Positions 24,101 to 35,403 of a stretch of DNA of 64,000 nt are shown here, in pieces. The first letter of the stretch is position 1, and each line of letters begins with the position of its first letter. The DNA is from an uncultured delta proteobacterium. Its GTDB lineage: Bacteria > Desulfobacterota > Binatia > Binatales > Binataceae. The stretch lies in NCBI GenBank assembly GCA_963765675.1, contig CAVXXK010000001.1, positions 96,001-160,000 of the forward strand, read 5' to 3'. The notes under the pieces are model-generated. The model did not search any database, was not told the origin of the DNA, and worked only from the letters and a program-made list of their open reading frames with translations. The position numbers were made by a program, and so were the translations under genes.

Positions 24101-24364
24101 GACGCGGTAGCTCTAATGGTCATCCTGCTGCTTGCGGTGACCTGTTTTCTCGCCGGCGTTCATTTCGACCGCAGCTTCTACTGGGTCAGTGTATTTCTCG
24201 CGCTTGCGGCGGTGATTGGCACCGAGATCGAAACTTATCTCTGGTTCGCCGTGGTGCTGCTCCTGATCGCAATCGCGATCGCGGTGCTATCGGCGGTCCT
24301 GCTGCGCCGCGGTTCCAAGGCCAGCTCGGTGCCGACCATGCCCGAATCAACTTCGTCGAACTGA
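21149..24364 (+). CDS. Plasma-membrane proton-efflux P-type ATPase (P3A); core ends ~23630; C-terminal ~200 aa are probably a separate membrane protein
   Basis: GLTQEEA, LTGES, IPVALPAVLSVTMAVGA, DKTGTLT, FTPFDPVSKRT, KGAPQ, MTGDGVNDAPALK. Confidence 0.93.
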   Translation: MKVPIDTGTIEEAVTKFKSSIKDGLTQEEAAARLKKDGPNAIKEVHINPIMRFLKFLWGPVAWMIEIAAVLSAVVRHWEDFIMIFFMLALNAVVGFWEEYKADNEIEALKKHLAMHSQVLRGGKWSEVPAKTLVTGDIVMIKLGNVVPADMKLVDGDYLSIDQSALTGESLPVEKKKNDVAYSGSIVKMGQMNGLVTATGMNTLFGRAAKLTESVKTVSHFQKAVLRIGNFLILITIGLVALILNVSLFRGDPLVQTILFALILTVAAIPVALPAVLSVTMAVGASVLARMKAIVSRLASIEEMAGMDILCSDKTGTLTKDELELGSPVVYKASNEQDLVLAACLASPANGRDGIDDAVVKGLTDQSALKAYQITHFTPFDPVSKRTEAEVKHGNGTFKVSKGAPQVILALVHPDAEMRKRAEKQVNDLAKKGFRTLGVARTDAQGKWELLGLLSLSDTLRDDSASTIADARKMGLQVRMVTGDNLAIAQQVSRELKLGPNIAVASQLFPDGKADNTDKIDAADGYAEVFPEHKFKIVKALQAGGHIVGMTGDGVNDAPALKQADCGVAVSGATDAARAAADLVLTAKGLSVITAAISEARKIFERMNSYAIYRIAETIRVLLFMTLAIVVFNFYPVTAVMIVIIAVLNDFPIMMIAYDNTIVAPRPVRWDMERVLTVSSVLGVLGVIAVFILFWIAEKYLHMPRPMVQSLMFLKLLVAGHLTIYITRSAGTFWRRPWPNWRLVAACETTQIIGTLAAVYGWGMTPLGWKYALLVWGYALVWFFINDMAKVQVYKMLHLGTASHQRHLARVNANLHPAAQGKPASDRLRAAVTSETQQLRKDRINRESRRTNCIIPEASTAQLPPHAPASAQPPKSASPSMRGETWARGLESMFVRRLVVVGVLGILVMIGLFLSNYSSGKALFYWCAMFPIFGVACLAHELAAGRVYQVALWRILMRQALHWVGPIVAVKILFMQHARGQMATDAVALMVILLLAVTCFLAGVHFDRSFYWVSVFLALAAVIGTEIETYLWFAVVLLLIAIAIAVLSAVLLRRGSKASSVPTMPESTSSN

Positions 24365-24374
24365 CCAGGATGGC

Positions 24375-25256
24375 GTGATGCTCAGTATTCGGAAAATTCT
24401 TGTTCCGGTTGTGTTCGCGGACAGTTCGCGCCACGTCGTGCAGCAGGCCGCGTGGTTAGCGCGGCGCCTTCACGCGGAGATGATCCTTCTGCACGTGGTA
24501 ACTCCTCTCAGCTATCCCGCGGGGGTGCTTGAGCGTGGGCACGAGATTACCGCGCGGGACTTCCACGCGCAAATCGTCCAACGGGCCCAGAAAGATCTGG
24601 ATGAGGCGCTGCGGCCGGAGCTTGATGGGATTGCGGTCGCGCGTCTACTGCTCAGAGGCGACCCTGCCCAGGAAATTGTGAAGACGGCTCGCGACCGCAA
24701 TGTGGACCTGGTTGCGATGTCGACTCGTGGCCAAGGGCCGTTTTACCGCTTTCTGATGGGCTCAGTGACGGCGAAGGTACTGCACGAAATTCATTGCCCG
24801 GTCTGGACCGGCGGTCAGCTGGAGGAAGCCCCGGCGCACGAGTTCTCGATTCGCCACGTCCTCTGCTCGGTGGATTTGAGCCCACACTGCCGCCACACCG
24901 TGTCGCTGGCCGCCGAGATGGCCGCCGCCGTTGATGCGACCCTTACGCTCGTCCACATCACGGCCAGTGCGGAGGTCTCGGGGCCCCGGCGGCTCCCACG
25001 AGGACCCGGCGTGGAAGGAGAAGATCGTCGGCTTCGCCGCCGAAGATATCGCCAAGCTTCAGCAGGAGGTGGGCACGAAGGCCGAAGTCATCATCGATAG
25101 CGGCAAGGTTCCAGACTTGTTGAACCGAGCAGCAGAGCAAACGAAGGCTGACGTCCTTGTCATTGGACACATTCCTGGGCGCAGTCATCTGGGTGATAAC
25201 GGCAATGGCTATGGGATCATTCGGAAGTCATGCTGATCCCGGTCCTGAGCGTATGA
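24375..25256 (+). CDS. Tandem universal stress protein (frameshifted)
   Basis: KILVPVVF, GDPAQEIV..DLVAM..MGSVTAKVL..CPVW; second domain VLCSVDLS...ADVLVIG...IPVLSV. Confidence 0.85.
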
Positions 25257-25852
25257 GGACTCTGGCGTTTCAACTGGCGAAATGAGCCGAACACAGAGTC
25301 TGCTACGATGAAATCTCTGATTCGCCCCTTGCGCCAGTACCGAGCATTTTGAGGTCTGAGTGTCGGGAAGGTGACAGAACACCCCAATGAAAGACGCTGA
25401 TAGACGCCTGATCCTGAGCTCCGCCACGTGCGATGAGTCGTGTTCCGTGCCCCGTGGAAGCCGGGTCATTGGTTTGAAAGTAATTCAGGGGGCAAAAAAG
25501 ATACGATCTCGAGGCCATTCTCGACGAGCGGGGATTGAGCCACTGCAAGTTCGCGGCGCTGCTGCTGGTGTCTCATCCCCCCGCCGCCGCCCATTCCTTC
25601 TGGTCACGCTAAGGGGTATCGGTCTTGCACTTCGCCGGCTTCTGCTCGGCCATCAACCGCGGCTTTCCGAATTATTCCGTCCAGGAAGAGAGCGTGCATA
25701 ACGACGTACACTTCCTTCACGAGCCTGACGCTCAGCGGCAGAAGGTTGTGATTATCAACCGGCCCATCTCAGAAAGGTCCGACCAGCTTTTGGGCGCGCT
25801 CATCCACGTATCGGACGCAACTTCGTCCCGACGCCTGAAGGGAGCAGGATGA

Positions 25853-28638
25853 ATGCGCGCGCGAACACTTGTATTTGGTTTCGGGGCGATTTTAATTGGC
25901 GCTCTAGGTCTTGTGGGCCTCACGGACAGTTTGCTCGTCGACCTGCTCTGGTTTACAGTGCTTGGTTACCGAGGGGTGTTTACCGCCACGCTCGGGGCTG
26001 GATCGCGATCTTAATCATCTCTCGGTAGTCGCTTCCTTGGGATTTCGATAAGCGGGATCCTCGCGCTACGATTTCGCCGCGAGCGCGGACCACTTAAGGC
26101 TATCCACCGGAGCGGCGAACCGGCGCAGGTCGATCTGCCGCGAATGATCCGCCGGTTGGGCGACCGCGTGCCGTGGAGATTACTCATTCTTGTGCGGGCG
26201 CTTGCTCGCGCTGTTCGTGGCCGCAACTGAGTCATCGGATTGGCAAGTTTACTTAAAGGGGATCTATGGAGTGCCATTTGCTCTAAAAGATTCGGCTTTC
26301 GGCCTCAAGTATCCTTCTTGGTTTTCCGGCTCCCGTTACTGGAAGAGTTGCGCGATCTGTTTCTTTCGATTTTGGTACTGACAGGTCTGCTGACCGTGGC
26401 GATGTATTGGGCACGCGATACATTCAACTTTCGTGAATCGCCGCCGCGGATTTCCTCTCGTTGCGCGGCCCACCTCTCCCGTGTTGCTGGTCGCAGTTAC
26501 TTTCTTCAGCGCGGATTCAGCTACTTTCTGGAGCGCTACGAGCTCACCCTTCATGGCAATGGCGTGGTTTTCGGTCTGCGCTATGTTTGACCATATTCTG
26601 TGGCAACCGGGTTTATGGCTGCTGGTTGCACTATCGATCGTCGCTGCCGGAATCTGTGTATTGAATCTGCGCGAACGTGGCCTGAGACTTCCGATCGCCG
26701 CCGCCGTCGTTGTATTCGGACCGGCGATCATCCTCAATCTGATGCAACCGATCATCGAACAGTTGTGGGTAAGGCCCGATCAGCTCCGTGTCGAAACACC
26801 CTACCTGATACGCAATATCGGGATGACCCGGCGGGCGTACCAGTTGGACACATTCGATGTGAAGCCCATCGAGGGCTCGGGGACCTCACGCCGGCCTCTC
26901 TTACAGAGGATTCCACGACCATCAAGAACATTCGGTTGTCGGACCTCGCCCGTACCTCACCACATACCGCCAAGTACAAATATCAGTCTCTACGATGATT
27001 TCACAAGCCTCGATATCGACCGCTATTGGTGGGATAGCAACGAGAACGAGGTTATGTTGTCGGCACGGGAACTCAACGTCAGCCTGCTACCCTCCGAAGC
27101 ACAGACCTCAATCGACCGCCATCTTCAAGTTTACCCACGGCTACGGATTGGTAATGAATCCGGTCAACGCCAAAGACCAGCAAGGCTTGCCGGTCCTTTA
27201 TATCAAGATATTCCTCCTCAATCTTCACTCAATCTCGAGGATCATCAAGCCTGGTATCTACTTCGGCCAGGAACCAGACATTTACGCGCTGGTCAAGGCG
27301 CGCACACCCGAACTCGATTATCCACACAGGCAGCGACAATGTTTTCGGCTTAAACAAGGGCGAGTGGCGGTCATTTGCGTGGCCAGCTTCCTGGCGCAGA
27401 ACGGGAACCCTGTTGCCTCCGGCTTGTAGCCTATCGCGACCTCGGTAACCGATTCCCCTCTCATCCTGTCACCCGCAAACTTAAGGATCGTCCAGCCCGG
27501 CACACAAATGGCGTTGTCCCTCCCACCGCTGGCGGGATCCCGCCCACGCGTAGCTCTGGCAATAGCACCATCGCCACAGACCAACCCGTATATGGTCGTG
27601 CATAATGAAGGGTATTGCTCAATATTTGACTGCTATACGACGGCGATCACTTTCCAGAGTCACAGAAAGAAAAAGACCTCGAACAACCATTCCAGTCCAA
27701 AACTCATTTTAAAGCTGTAGTTAACGTTTACACCAGTACAACTGCGTTTTCGGTCGCTGACCGGAAAAATGCATGGTCATTCGGACATGGGAGCAAATTT
27801 ACGGGAGTGTTCAAATCAATGACAATCCATCAGTTTTTCGTGTCCGTATTCGTTACCCTCAGGATTTCTTTCTAATTCAAGCGGAAATGACCAGCACCTA
27901 CCATATGACGGACCCAGAAATGTACCCTACACAACCGCGAAGAATGTTGGCTATGCCACGAGAGAAGCTGCGCGGACCAGAGCATCGCTATAAACACCTT
28001 ATTATGTCATCATGCGCCTCCTTTCCCGGGACAGAAAAACACCGAGTACATCCTGATGCTTCCGATGCGTCCGAAGGGGCGTGACAACGTAAGATACCGT
28101 GGCTGGCGGCTCGCTGTGATAGCGACCGACTATGGCCGTGTTCGTTTTGCGATTTCGAAGGAAAAACCTATCTCAGGTATTATCAAATCCACTGGTTTCA
28201 TGGATAAAAGAAAATGCGGAAATTTCGCAAAAGTATTCCTACTGGAATCAGATGAAATCGAAGGTGATCCTCGGTAATCTTCTGGTCATACCAGTAGAAG
28301 ATGCGTTGCTTTATGTCGAACCGCTGTATATACGCGCGGCGAACGGGCAACTGCCTCAACTTCAGCGTGTGTTGGCCTCGTATCATGGATATACCGTGAT
28401 GGACACCAACCTCGACTCGACCCTCGCCGCGCTATTCACGAATCCAAACCAGGAGGCAGCGGCTGCTATGAAGTCATCAGCACCTCCATCTGCTTTTTCT
28501 GCCAATACTGCCCCGGCCCTACGGGCCGCTGCCGCTCACTATAATCTCGCATTGCAGGCGCTGCGGCGTGGTGATTGGGCGGCACTCGGCGCGGAGGTAA
28601 AGAAGCTTGGACAGTCTCTCGGCCAGCCAACAGAATAA
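25853..28638 (+). CDS. UPF0182 family membrane protein, heavily frameshifted
   Basis: VDLLWFTVLGYRGVF, RLPLLE, ETPYLIRNIGMTRRAY, DIDRY, VMLSAREL, FTHGYG, IYFG, RYPQDFF, VILGNLLVIPVEDALLYVEPLY, LPQLQRV. Confidence 0.8.
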
Positions 28639-28816
28639 ATGCTGGACTGGCAGCCGTGCGATCACCATTTGAGAAGTATAGGAAGTAGTCCAATGGCTAC
28701 GTTGCGGTATCTCAGTCGGTTCTCCACCACGATGTCAAAGACAATAGTATTTTGTCCGAGGAGAGTGTTCCGCACAGAGTGAAAGAGCGGCTACGTCACT
28801 TTGAACGAGGGAAATT

Positions 28817-29692
28817 ATGAACTACCGCAAGAGATTCGTCGTCGAGCCCGGCGCCAAGGTGAGGCTCGGCAAGATTGACCCGGAATTCAAAGACAAGCAC
28901 GAATCGCAGGACCGGGCGATGCCGGAGATCCAGAAGCACGTCGAGCGCATGGCCAAGCTGCAGTATCTGCTGTACGCCGACGGCAACCAGTCCTTGCTGC
29001 TCGTGCTGCAGGCGCTCGACGCCGGCGGCAAGGACGGCGTGGTGCGCCACGTGTTCGCCGCCATGAACCCGCAGGGGACGTCGGCCTTAGTTTCAAACAG
29101 CCGAGTAAGTTCGAAGCCGCGCACGACTTCCTCTGGCGCGCCCACCGGCGCACGCCGGACAAAGGGGAAGTCGTGATCTTCAACCGGTCGCACTATGAGG
29201 ACGTGCTGGTGGTGCGCGTGCACAAGCTGGTGCCGAAGTCGGTGTGGTCGAAGCGTTACGAGCTGATCAATGACTTCGAGAAGATGCTCCACGAAAACGG
29301 CACGCGCATTCTCAAGTTCTATCTCCACATCAGCCCGGAGGAGCAGCTCAAGCGCTTTAAGCAGCGGCTCGATGACCCGATGCGGCACTGGAAAATCAGC
29401 GAGGCCGACTACTCGGAGCGCAAGCTGTGGCCGGACTATATCGAGGCGTACGAGGACGCCATGGAAAGGACGAGCACCAAGCACGCCCCATGGTACGTGA
29501 TCCCGTCCAACCACAAGTGGTTCCGCAACCTGGCCATCTCCGAGATCCTGGCCGACACGCTGGAGGACATGGAGCTTGAAGCTGCCGCCGGCACGGGTGG
29601 ACATTGCGGAAATTCGTCGCAAGTATCACACTGCGGCGGCGCGGCAGGCGCGGCGCGGCAACAAGCCGCCGAAGGCGTCGCACAAGAAGTAG
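28817..29692 (+). CDS. ppk2: Polyphosphate kinase 2 family (frameshifts near 29090 and 29580)
   Basis: [50 protein letters not shown]. Confidence 0.9.
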
Positions 29693-29715
29693 GCACGCCT
29701 CAACCCAGCGAGCTA

Positions 29716-31455
29716 GTGAACGTGACACACGGAAAGCTGCGGGATAGCGAGCGGTGGCCGTGGCTTTTCGGCGGCATCCGGCCCGTCACCCGTGCGGGAG
29801 CGGTGCGCGACGCGCTGGCTGGCATCACTCTCGCCGCGATGAACGTGCCGCAGGCGCTGGGCTATGCGCGAATCGCCGGAATGCCGGTCGTCACCGGGCT
29901 CTACACTCTACTGCTACCGCTGGTAGCCTTCGCAGGGCTCGGCTCTTCGCGTTACCTGGTGGTGGCGGCGGATTCAGCCACGGCGGCCATCCTAGCGGGC
30001 AGACTGTCACAGATTGCGCCTGTCGCCAGCGAGCATTATGTAGCGCTGGCCGGCTTGGTAGCACTGTTGACGGCAGGATGCTTGCTGCTGGCGCGGTTGT
30101 TCAAACTCGGCTTCCTGGCTGACTTCCTTTCGCAGACGCTGCTGGTGGGCTTTCTCACCGGTGTCGGCTTCCAAGTCGGCATTGCGATGCTTGGCGAGAT
30201 GCTTGGAGTGCCGATCACCTCCAATCGGACGGTTGAGCAGCTCGCGCAGATTGTCCGCGGTTTGCCTCACTTGAATGTTCCGACACTGTGCGTCGCGGTG
30301 GCGGTGTTGGCGATCGTCTTCGTCCTCAACAGGTTTGCGCCGAGCTTTCCCGCGTCGCTCTTCGCGGTCGTTGGGGCTATTGCAGCGAGCGCCGCGTTCG
30401 ACTTCCCCGGGCACGGCATCAGCGTCATCCAAAGAGTCACCGGAGGTCTGCCGCCGATTGGCCTTCCAGATGTGAGCTGGCGGGAAATTCCGCAGTTGCT
30501 CCCCGTCTCGGTCTCTTGCTTCCTGATGATCGTCACGCAGAGCGCCGCCACGGCGCGCGCTTACGCGTTCCGCGACAGCCAAAAACATGACGAGAACACC
30601 GACCTCGTCGGTCTGTCAGCGGCCAACGCGGTCGCCGCGCTCAGCGGCACCTTCGTCGTAAATGGCAGCCCGACGCAGACGGCGATGGTCGAACGCTCCG
30701 GCGGCCACAGCCAGATAGCCCAGCTCGCCACGGCCGCCGTCGTGGCCATCGTGCTCCTCTTCCTGACCGGTCCGCTGCACTATTTGCCCCGGTGTGTGCT
30801 CGGTGCCATCGTTTTTACCATCGCTGTCGGACTCGTCGATGTGCGCGGTTTGCGTGACATCCGGCGCGAGAGCCTTGGTGAGTTCTGGCTGGCGCTGATC
30901 ACCGCCGCGACGGTGGTGGTGATCGGCGTCGAACAGGGCATCCTGCTGGCGATAGGGCTGTCGCTGCTCTGGCACGTGCGCCACAGCTATCAACCGCACA
31001 CCGCCGTGCTCGTCGAGCACAGCGGACAATGGCGGCCGACGCCGGCAGTTCCGGGTGCGCTCAGCGGGCCCGGCCTCGTGATCTTTCAATTCGGGGCAGA
31101 CCTCTTCTATGCCAATGTCGGCCGGTTTGCGGCGGAGGTGCGTGGCCTCGTTGAAGGAGCGGATCCGCCGGTGAAATGGCTGGTAGTCGATGCGGGCGCG
31201 ATCACCAGCATCGATTATTCGGCCGCGCGAATATTGGCGAATCTGCAACAGGATCTAATCCGCCGCCGCATAGCGCTGGTGCTGGTTCACACGGAATCGT
31301 CGCTGCGGGCGGATCTGCACCGCCACCGGCTAGCCGACGTCATCGGCTCCGATCACATTTTCGACACCTTGCGTGAAACGCTCGCCGCGATAAACGAACG
31401 GCGCGTTCGTGTGATGCCCGCGACCAATCCTGTCGAAGAACAGCGACAGCGATGA
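29716..31455 (+). CDS. SulP family inorganic anion transporter with STAS domain
   Basis: [50 protein letters not shown]...[12 protein letters not shown]. Confidence 0.92.
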   Translation: MNVTHGKLRDSERWPWLFGGIRPVTRAGAVRDALAGITLAAMNVPQALGYARIAGMPVVTGLYTLLLPLVAFAGLGSSRYLVVAADSATAAILAGRLSQIAPVASEHYVALAGLVALLTAGCLLLARLFKLGFLADFLSQTLLVGFLTGVGFQVGIAMLGEMLGVPITSNRTVEQLAQIVRGLPHLNVPTLCVAVAVLAIVFVLNRFAPSFPASLFAVVGAIAASAAFDFPGHGISVIQRVTGGLPPIGLPDVSWREIPQLLPVSVSCFLMIVTQSAATARAYAFRDSQKHDENTDLVGLSAANAVAALSGTFVVNGSPTQTAMVERSGGHSQIAQLATAAVVAIVLLFLTGPLHYLPRCVLGAIVFTIAVGLVDVRGLRDIRRESLGEFWLALITAATVVVIGVEQGILLAIGLSLLWHVRHSYQPHTAVLVEHSGQWRPTPAVPGALSGPGLVIFQFGADLFYANVGRFAAEVRGLVEGADPPVKWLVVDAGAITSIDYSAARILANLQQDLIRRRIALVLVHTESSLRADLHRHRLADVIGSDHIFDTLRETLAAINERRVRVMPATNPVEEQRQR

Positions 31456-31729
31456 ATCCCACGTGCGGCGACCGGCGAGCACTGCCAAAAGCGTGACGAG
31501 CCATTTAGCGATCGAAAACATTCGACTGTGCGCAGGTACTTCCGTACGCTCAGACCCTTGCGCGGCAAGAGTGAGCTTCGCAATCAGTCCCTTAGACCGA
31601 ACAAAGAGTATGTCAAAGACGTGGAGGGTTTTTTCAAATTCTTCGGCTCGTTTCCACAACGGGACTTTCGATGCATCTGCCATGAGGCATCCTCCGAATC
31701 CGCTGATTCATTCCACTTAAATGAGAATT

Positions 31730-31774
31730 TGGTCGGCGGTGCAGGTTTCAAACCTGCGACCCTCGGCTTGTAAG
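31730..31774 (-). tRNA. 3' half of tRNA-Val(TAC); partial, att-like scar
   Basis: Reverse complement CTTACAAGCCGAGGGTCGCAGGTTTGAAACCTGCACCGCCGACCA: anticodon loop, T-arm and CCA, with no 5' half. Confidence 0.65.
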
Positions 31775-32369
31775 AAAACGTAGCGATAGCCTGCGCGCCG
31801 TCAGCAAGGTTTTCTCCGAGCTCTAACGGCATCGCAGCGGCACGCGCACCGTATACGTTTTTGTGACCAGAATTGGCCTCGAGCGGCCAATCCGGGAGGC
31901 GACAGGGCCGGGAGGAACCTAAGGTTTTATTGGCTCTTTTGGCTGATTAGTCAAACAGCCCGGTTTTGAACGCCGGCGTTCAGACTGGGCTATATCGGCC
32001 CATATCCAGTCACATTCGGATCGAGATGATTTAGGTTTCGCCTCATCGTTTCTTGGCTCAAATCCCGCGCTTCATACCAATCCCCGATTAGAAGGGACCG
32101 AAATCGACGGCACATTTTGACGGCGAATACGGTCGAAACCACTACGCCGCGCCTCGAGTTCATAGCTCCGCGACTCCCGTCGAGGTACTTTGGGAAAGAT
32201 GAGGTTGGAATCTGACTGTGGGGGATTTTGTGGGGACCCTCGGTCACATTTGATATCGCTCGGTGGCAGCAGTCGTCCCTTTCGAAATAGGAGAGAACCC
32301 TTCGCGCACAATGACTACATGCGTATCTGGTGATACCGAGCAATACCGGTTAAAACCTGTCTTCAACGC

Positions 32370-32414
32370 CTGTTAACCGTCGGGTCGCTGGTTCGAATCC
32401 GGCCCGGGGAGCCA
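32370..32414 (+). tRNA. 3' half of tRNA-Asn(GTT); partial, probable attR of the island
   Basis: CTGTTAACCGTCGGGTCGCTGGTTCGAATCCGGCCCGGGGAGCCA; the upstream sequence lacks a D-arm and acceptor 5' strand. Confidence 0.75.
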
Positions 32415-32446
32415 ATCATTTTCTGGCACATAACAGATGCCTTCCG

Positions 32447-33094
32447 ATGACCCCCACCATTACCGCCTTTGAACGGTCGCCCGATGGCGGCAAGGGGCTC
32501 GCGCGCGACACGCGCGTTCGCTGGGCGCTGGAAGAAGTGCGCCAGCCTTACAAGGTTCGGCTTGTCTCGTTCAAAGCGATGAAGGAACCCGCGCATCTGG
32601 CGCTTCATCCTTTCGGTCAGATTCCGACCTATGAAGAAGGTGACCTCGCCCTGTTCGAGACGGGGGCGATCGTGTTCCACATCGCGCAGCGCCATGCGGG
32701 CCTGCTGCCAGACGATGCAAATGCTCGGGCACGCGCGATCACATGGATGTTTGCCGCGCTCAGCACGATAGAGCCGCCGATCCTTGAACGCGAAAACGCC
32801 AGGCTCCTTGAAGGTGACAAGCCCTGGTCCGCGCAGCGCATGCCTGCGGTCGAGGATCGCATCCGTAACCGGCTGGGCCAACTTTCCAGTCGTCTTGGCG
32901 ATGCCGACTGGCTCGACGGTGCGTTCAGCGCGGGTGACCTGATGATGGTGTCGGTGCTTCTCAGGTTGAAATCATCGGGTATGCTGGACGAATACCCGAA
33001 CCTCGCCGCCTATGTGGCTCGCGGCGAAGCGCGGCCCGCCTACAAGCGTGCGTTCGAGGCGCAATTGGCGGTCAACAAGCCACCGCCCGGCTGA
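32447..33094 (+). CDS. Glutathione S-transferase family protein
   Basis: RVRWALEE, HPFGQIP, LFETGAI, FSAGDLMM, RPAYKRA. Confidence 0.92.
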   Translation: MTPTITAFERSPDGGKGLARDTRVRWALEEVRQPYKVRLVSFKAMKEPAHLALHPFGQIPTYEEGDLALFETGAIVFHIAQRHAGLLPDDANARARAITWMFAALSTIEPPILERENARLLEGDKPWSAQRMPAVEDRIRNRLGQLSSRLGDADWLDGAFSAGDLMMVSVLLRLKSSGMLDEYPNLAAYVARGEARPAYKRAFEAQLAVNKPPPG

Positions 33095-33150
33095 GCGGAC
33101 GCACAAGTCGCGCGCCATCTCCTACCATGCTCCGAAGGGAATGCCCCGGC

Positions 33151-34188
33151 CTACTCGCGCGACCGATGCGCGGCTTCGGTCATGAGTATCTCGAGCGTCA
33201 GCCGCTCGGTGCCGCGAATCACGGTGACCGGCGTGCGCACTCCCACCAGGCTCATCGTAAGCTGGCGCTGCAGGTCGTCGATACCGGCGATCGCAGTGTC
33301 ACCGAGCCGGATCAGCAGGTCGCCCTCTTTGATTCCGCCGAGCGCCGCCGGGCTGTTCGCCTCAACCGACGCGACCCGGACCGCGGTCTCCGCCGACAGC
33401 CGATAGAAGCGCACGAACCGGCGCGGCAGCTCCACATTGTGGCCCGCGATTCCCAGATAGCTCCTGCTGATCTTGCCGTCCTTGATCAGAAGGCCCGCAA
33501 CCAGCTTGGCGCTGTTGATCGCAATCGCGAAGCAGATTCCCTGCGCCGGCAGGATAATCGCCGTGTTGACTCCGATCACCTCGCCGCGCGAGTTCACCAG
33601 CGGTCCGCCGGAATTGCCCGGATTGAGCGCCGCGTCGGTTTGGATAACATTGTCGACCAGCCGGCCCGATCCGGTCCTGAGCGATCGGCCAAGCGCACTC
33701 ACGACGCCTGCCGTGACCGTGCATTGGAAGCCGTACGGATTCCCGATCGCGATCGCGATCTGGCCCACGTGAATCGCCTGCGAATCGCCCAGCGCGACCG
33801 CGGTCAGGTTCGAGCCGGTCATCCGAATCACGGCCAGGTCGGTATCGGGATCGTCGCCAATCAGCTCCGCCGCCGATTTGCGCCCGTCGGAAAGCGTGAC
33901 CGAGATTCGCGATGCTCGGTGAACGACGTGGCTATTGGTAATGATGTATCCGTCGGGCGCGATGATAAAGCCCGAGCCGCTCCCTGACGGCACATTCTGC
34001 GAACCACCCGCCTGCGGTCCCGCCGCCTGCGCGACCTCGATATTCACCACCGCCGGGCTGACGGACTCGGCCGCGCCCATCACGGCCCGCGAATATGCGT
34101 CGAACAGATGATCGTCAGACGAATCGTGAGAGAGTCCGCTGATAGGAGCGCCGTTATCCAGAACCATCTTCAACGATGAACGCATCAT
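33151..34188 (-). CDS. HtrA/DegQ-like trypsin serine protease with PDZ domain
   Basis: GSGSGFII, TNSHV, DLAVI, IQTDAALNPGNSGGPL, C-terminal PDZ. Confidence 0.93.
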   Translation of the reverse strand: MMRSSLKMVLDNGAPISGLSHDSSDDHLFDAYSRAVMGAAESVSPAVVNIEVAQAAGPQAGGSQNVPSGSGSGFIIAPDGYIITNSHVVHRASRISVTLSDGRKSAAELIGDDPDTDLAVIRMTGSNLTAVALGDSQAIHVGQIAIAIGNPYGFQCTVTAGVVSALGRSLRTGSGRLVDNVIQTDAALNPGNSGGPLVNSRGEVIGVNTAIILPAQGICFAIAINSAKLVAGLLIKDGKISRSYLGIAGHNVELPRRFVRFYRLSAETAVRVASVEANSPAALGGIKEGDLLIRLGDTAIAGIDDLQRQLTMSLVGVRTPVTVIRGTERLTLEILMTEAAHRSRE

Positions 34189-34305
34189 GGATACTCCTGG
34201 GGAGTAAACATAATCACGAAATCCGTTTTGCAAACGTACCCGATCCGCAGCTCGCAGCTCGGCCGGAGCATCCTGGTCGCACGTGGCATCTGCCCCTTGC
34301 CGGAT

Positions 34306-34746
34306 TCAGTGTCCAATCTGCACGATATGCAGGCCGAGGCTCGACGCAGCGGCGCCCTGCTTTCGATCGGCGGTGACAAACGGCAGCGCTATCCCGGCCT
34401 CCTTTTGGAACAGAAGAGCCGAGGCAAGATGCAACGCGTCGAGTGTTCTCACCGGCGCGTGGTGCAGCAAGTCTTCGGCACGCGCAACAACGCTGGAGCC
34501 AAGTTCGACCAGTTCCCAGTAGTCGCGGTCGGCGCGAATCCTCACGATGATCGCGTCGAAGTCTTCTTGCGCCAACTCGGCCAGGCTGCGGCGACGGCAC
34601 AGCGCTGAAACAGCTTCCACCGGAGCAATCGCCGAGGTGACAATCCGGTAGCGGCCGAGCATCCGGCGCGCGCGGGGTGAATCGATCTCCTGTACGTAGC
34701 GCTTTATGATTACGCTGGTGTCGAAGTATGCCCACTCGGCCATCAT
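34306..34746 (-). CDS. vapC: VapC-family PIN domain toxin
   Basis: YFDTSVIIKRY, RTLDALHLASA, FVTADRK. Confidence 0.9.
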   Translation of the reverse strand: MMAEWAYFDTSVIIKRYVQEIDSPRARRMLGRYRIVTSAIAPVEAVSALCRRRSLAELAQEDFDAIIVRIRADRDYWELVELGSSVVARAEDLLHHAPVRTLDALHLASALLFQKEAGIALPFVTADRKQGAAASSLGLHIVQIGH

Positions 34747-34770
34747 GCTCGCCCTGCCGAGCCGCGATGG

Positions 34771-35064
34771 TTAGCGCTGTTCGCGTTCAGCTTCGATGGT
34801 CTCGGCCACTGGGACGCCGACGATTTTGCGCGGGCTCCATCGCGGAAGACGCCCGTTCTTGGTTGCGGCCCGCAATACTCCCTGTCCCTCGAGTCGCCGA
34901 ACCTCACGGCCGACGGAGTCGCCTTCGGCGTCATCGGATTCACTTATCGGAGTGAGCCTCGCCACCGGGCGGCCTCGTTCGGTCAGGATCACCTCCGCAC
35001 CGCCGCGAACGGTTTTCATCAGGCGTGAGAAATGTTGATTGGCTTCACGCAGTCCAATGCGCAT
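34771..35064 (-). CDS. Phd/YefM family antitoxin
   Basis: IGLREANQHFSRLMKTVRGGAEVILTERGRPVARL. Confidence 0.9.
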   Translation of the reverse strand: MRIGLREANQHFSRLMKTVRGGAEVILTERGRPVARLTPISESDDAEGDSVGREVRRLEGQGVLRAATKNGRLPRWSPRKIVGVPVAETIEAEREQR

Positions 35065-35084
35065 AATTTAGTCCCACCACCTAG

Positions 35085-35111
35085 GTAGTGACATCACTAC
35101 TTTAGTGACAT
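35085..35111. promoter_or_regulatory. Probable TA operator (palindrome GTAGTGA-CA-TCACTAC plus repeated TAGTGACAT)
   Basis: Inverted and direct repeat about 20-45 bp upstream of the antitoxin start. Confidence 0.55.
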
Positions 35112-35403
35112 CCGATCAAAATGCCAACCCTTCGGAAAGATTATCTTTGGTCCTCTCAGGTATCTTATCTCCTCCATCCGGCGCTTACTCGGCATCGAAA
35201 TTGCTTTTCTTGTGGCCAGGAACAGAAAAGCCGCCAAATCGGTCGAATGGTCGCCAAAAATGCTACGAGCTGTAGCAGGATCGCGACTCTACGGACGATT
35301 TGAGTAGCTCCAGGTCAACACGGCGCCTCCTCTGGGGCACGGCGGTGCCAGAGGTTTTCGAGCTATGGCTTTTCGCCGAGGTTGTTGCAGAGGACGGGCC
35401 GCT

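Noticed and set aside
29173-31455. Apparent PPK2-SulP fusion protein
   Set aside because: A single indel near 29580 restores a normal PPK2 C-terminus ([16 protein letters not shown]...stop at 29692); SulP can start at 29716.
32370-32414. Complete functional tRNA-Asn gene
   Set aside because: No D-arm or acceptor-stem 5' strand upstream; treated as an att fragment.
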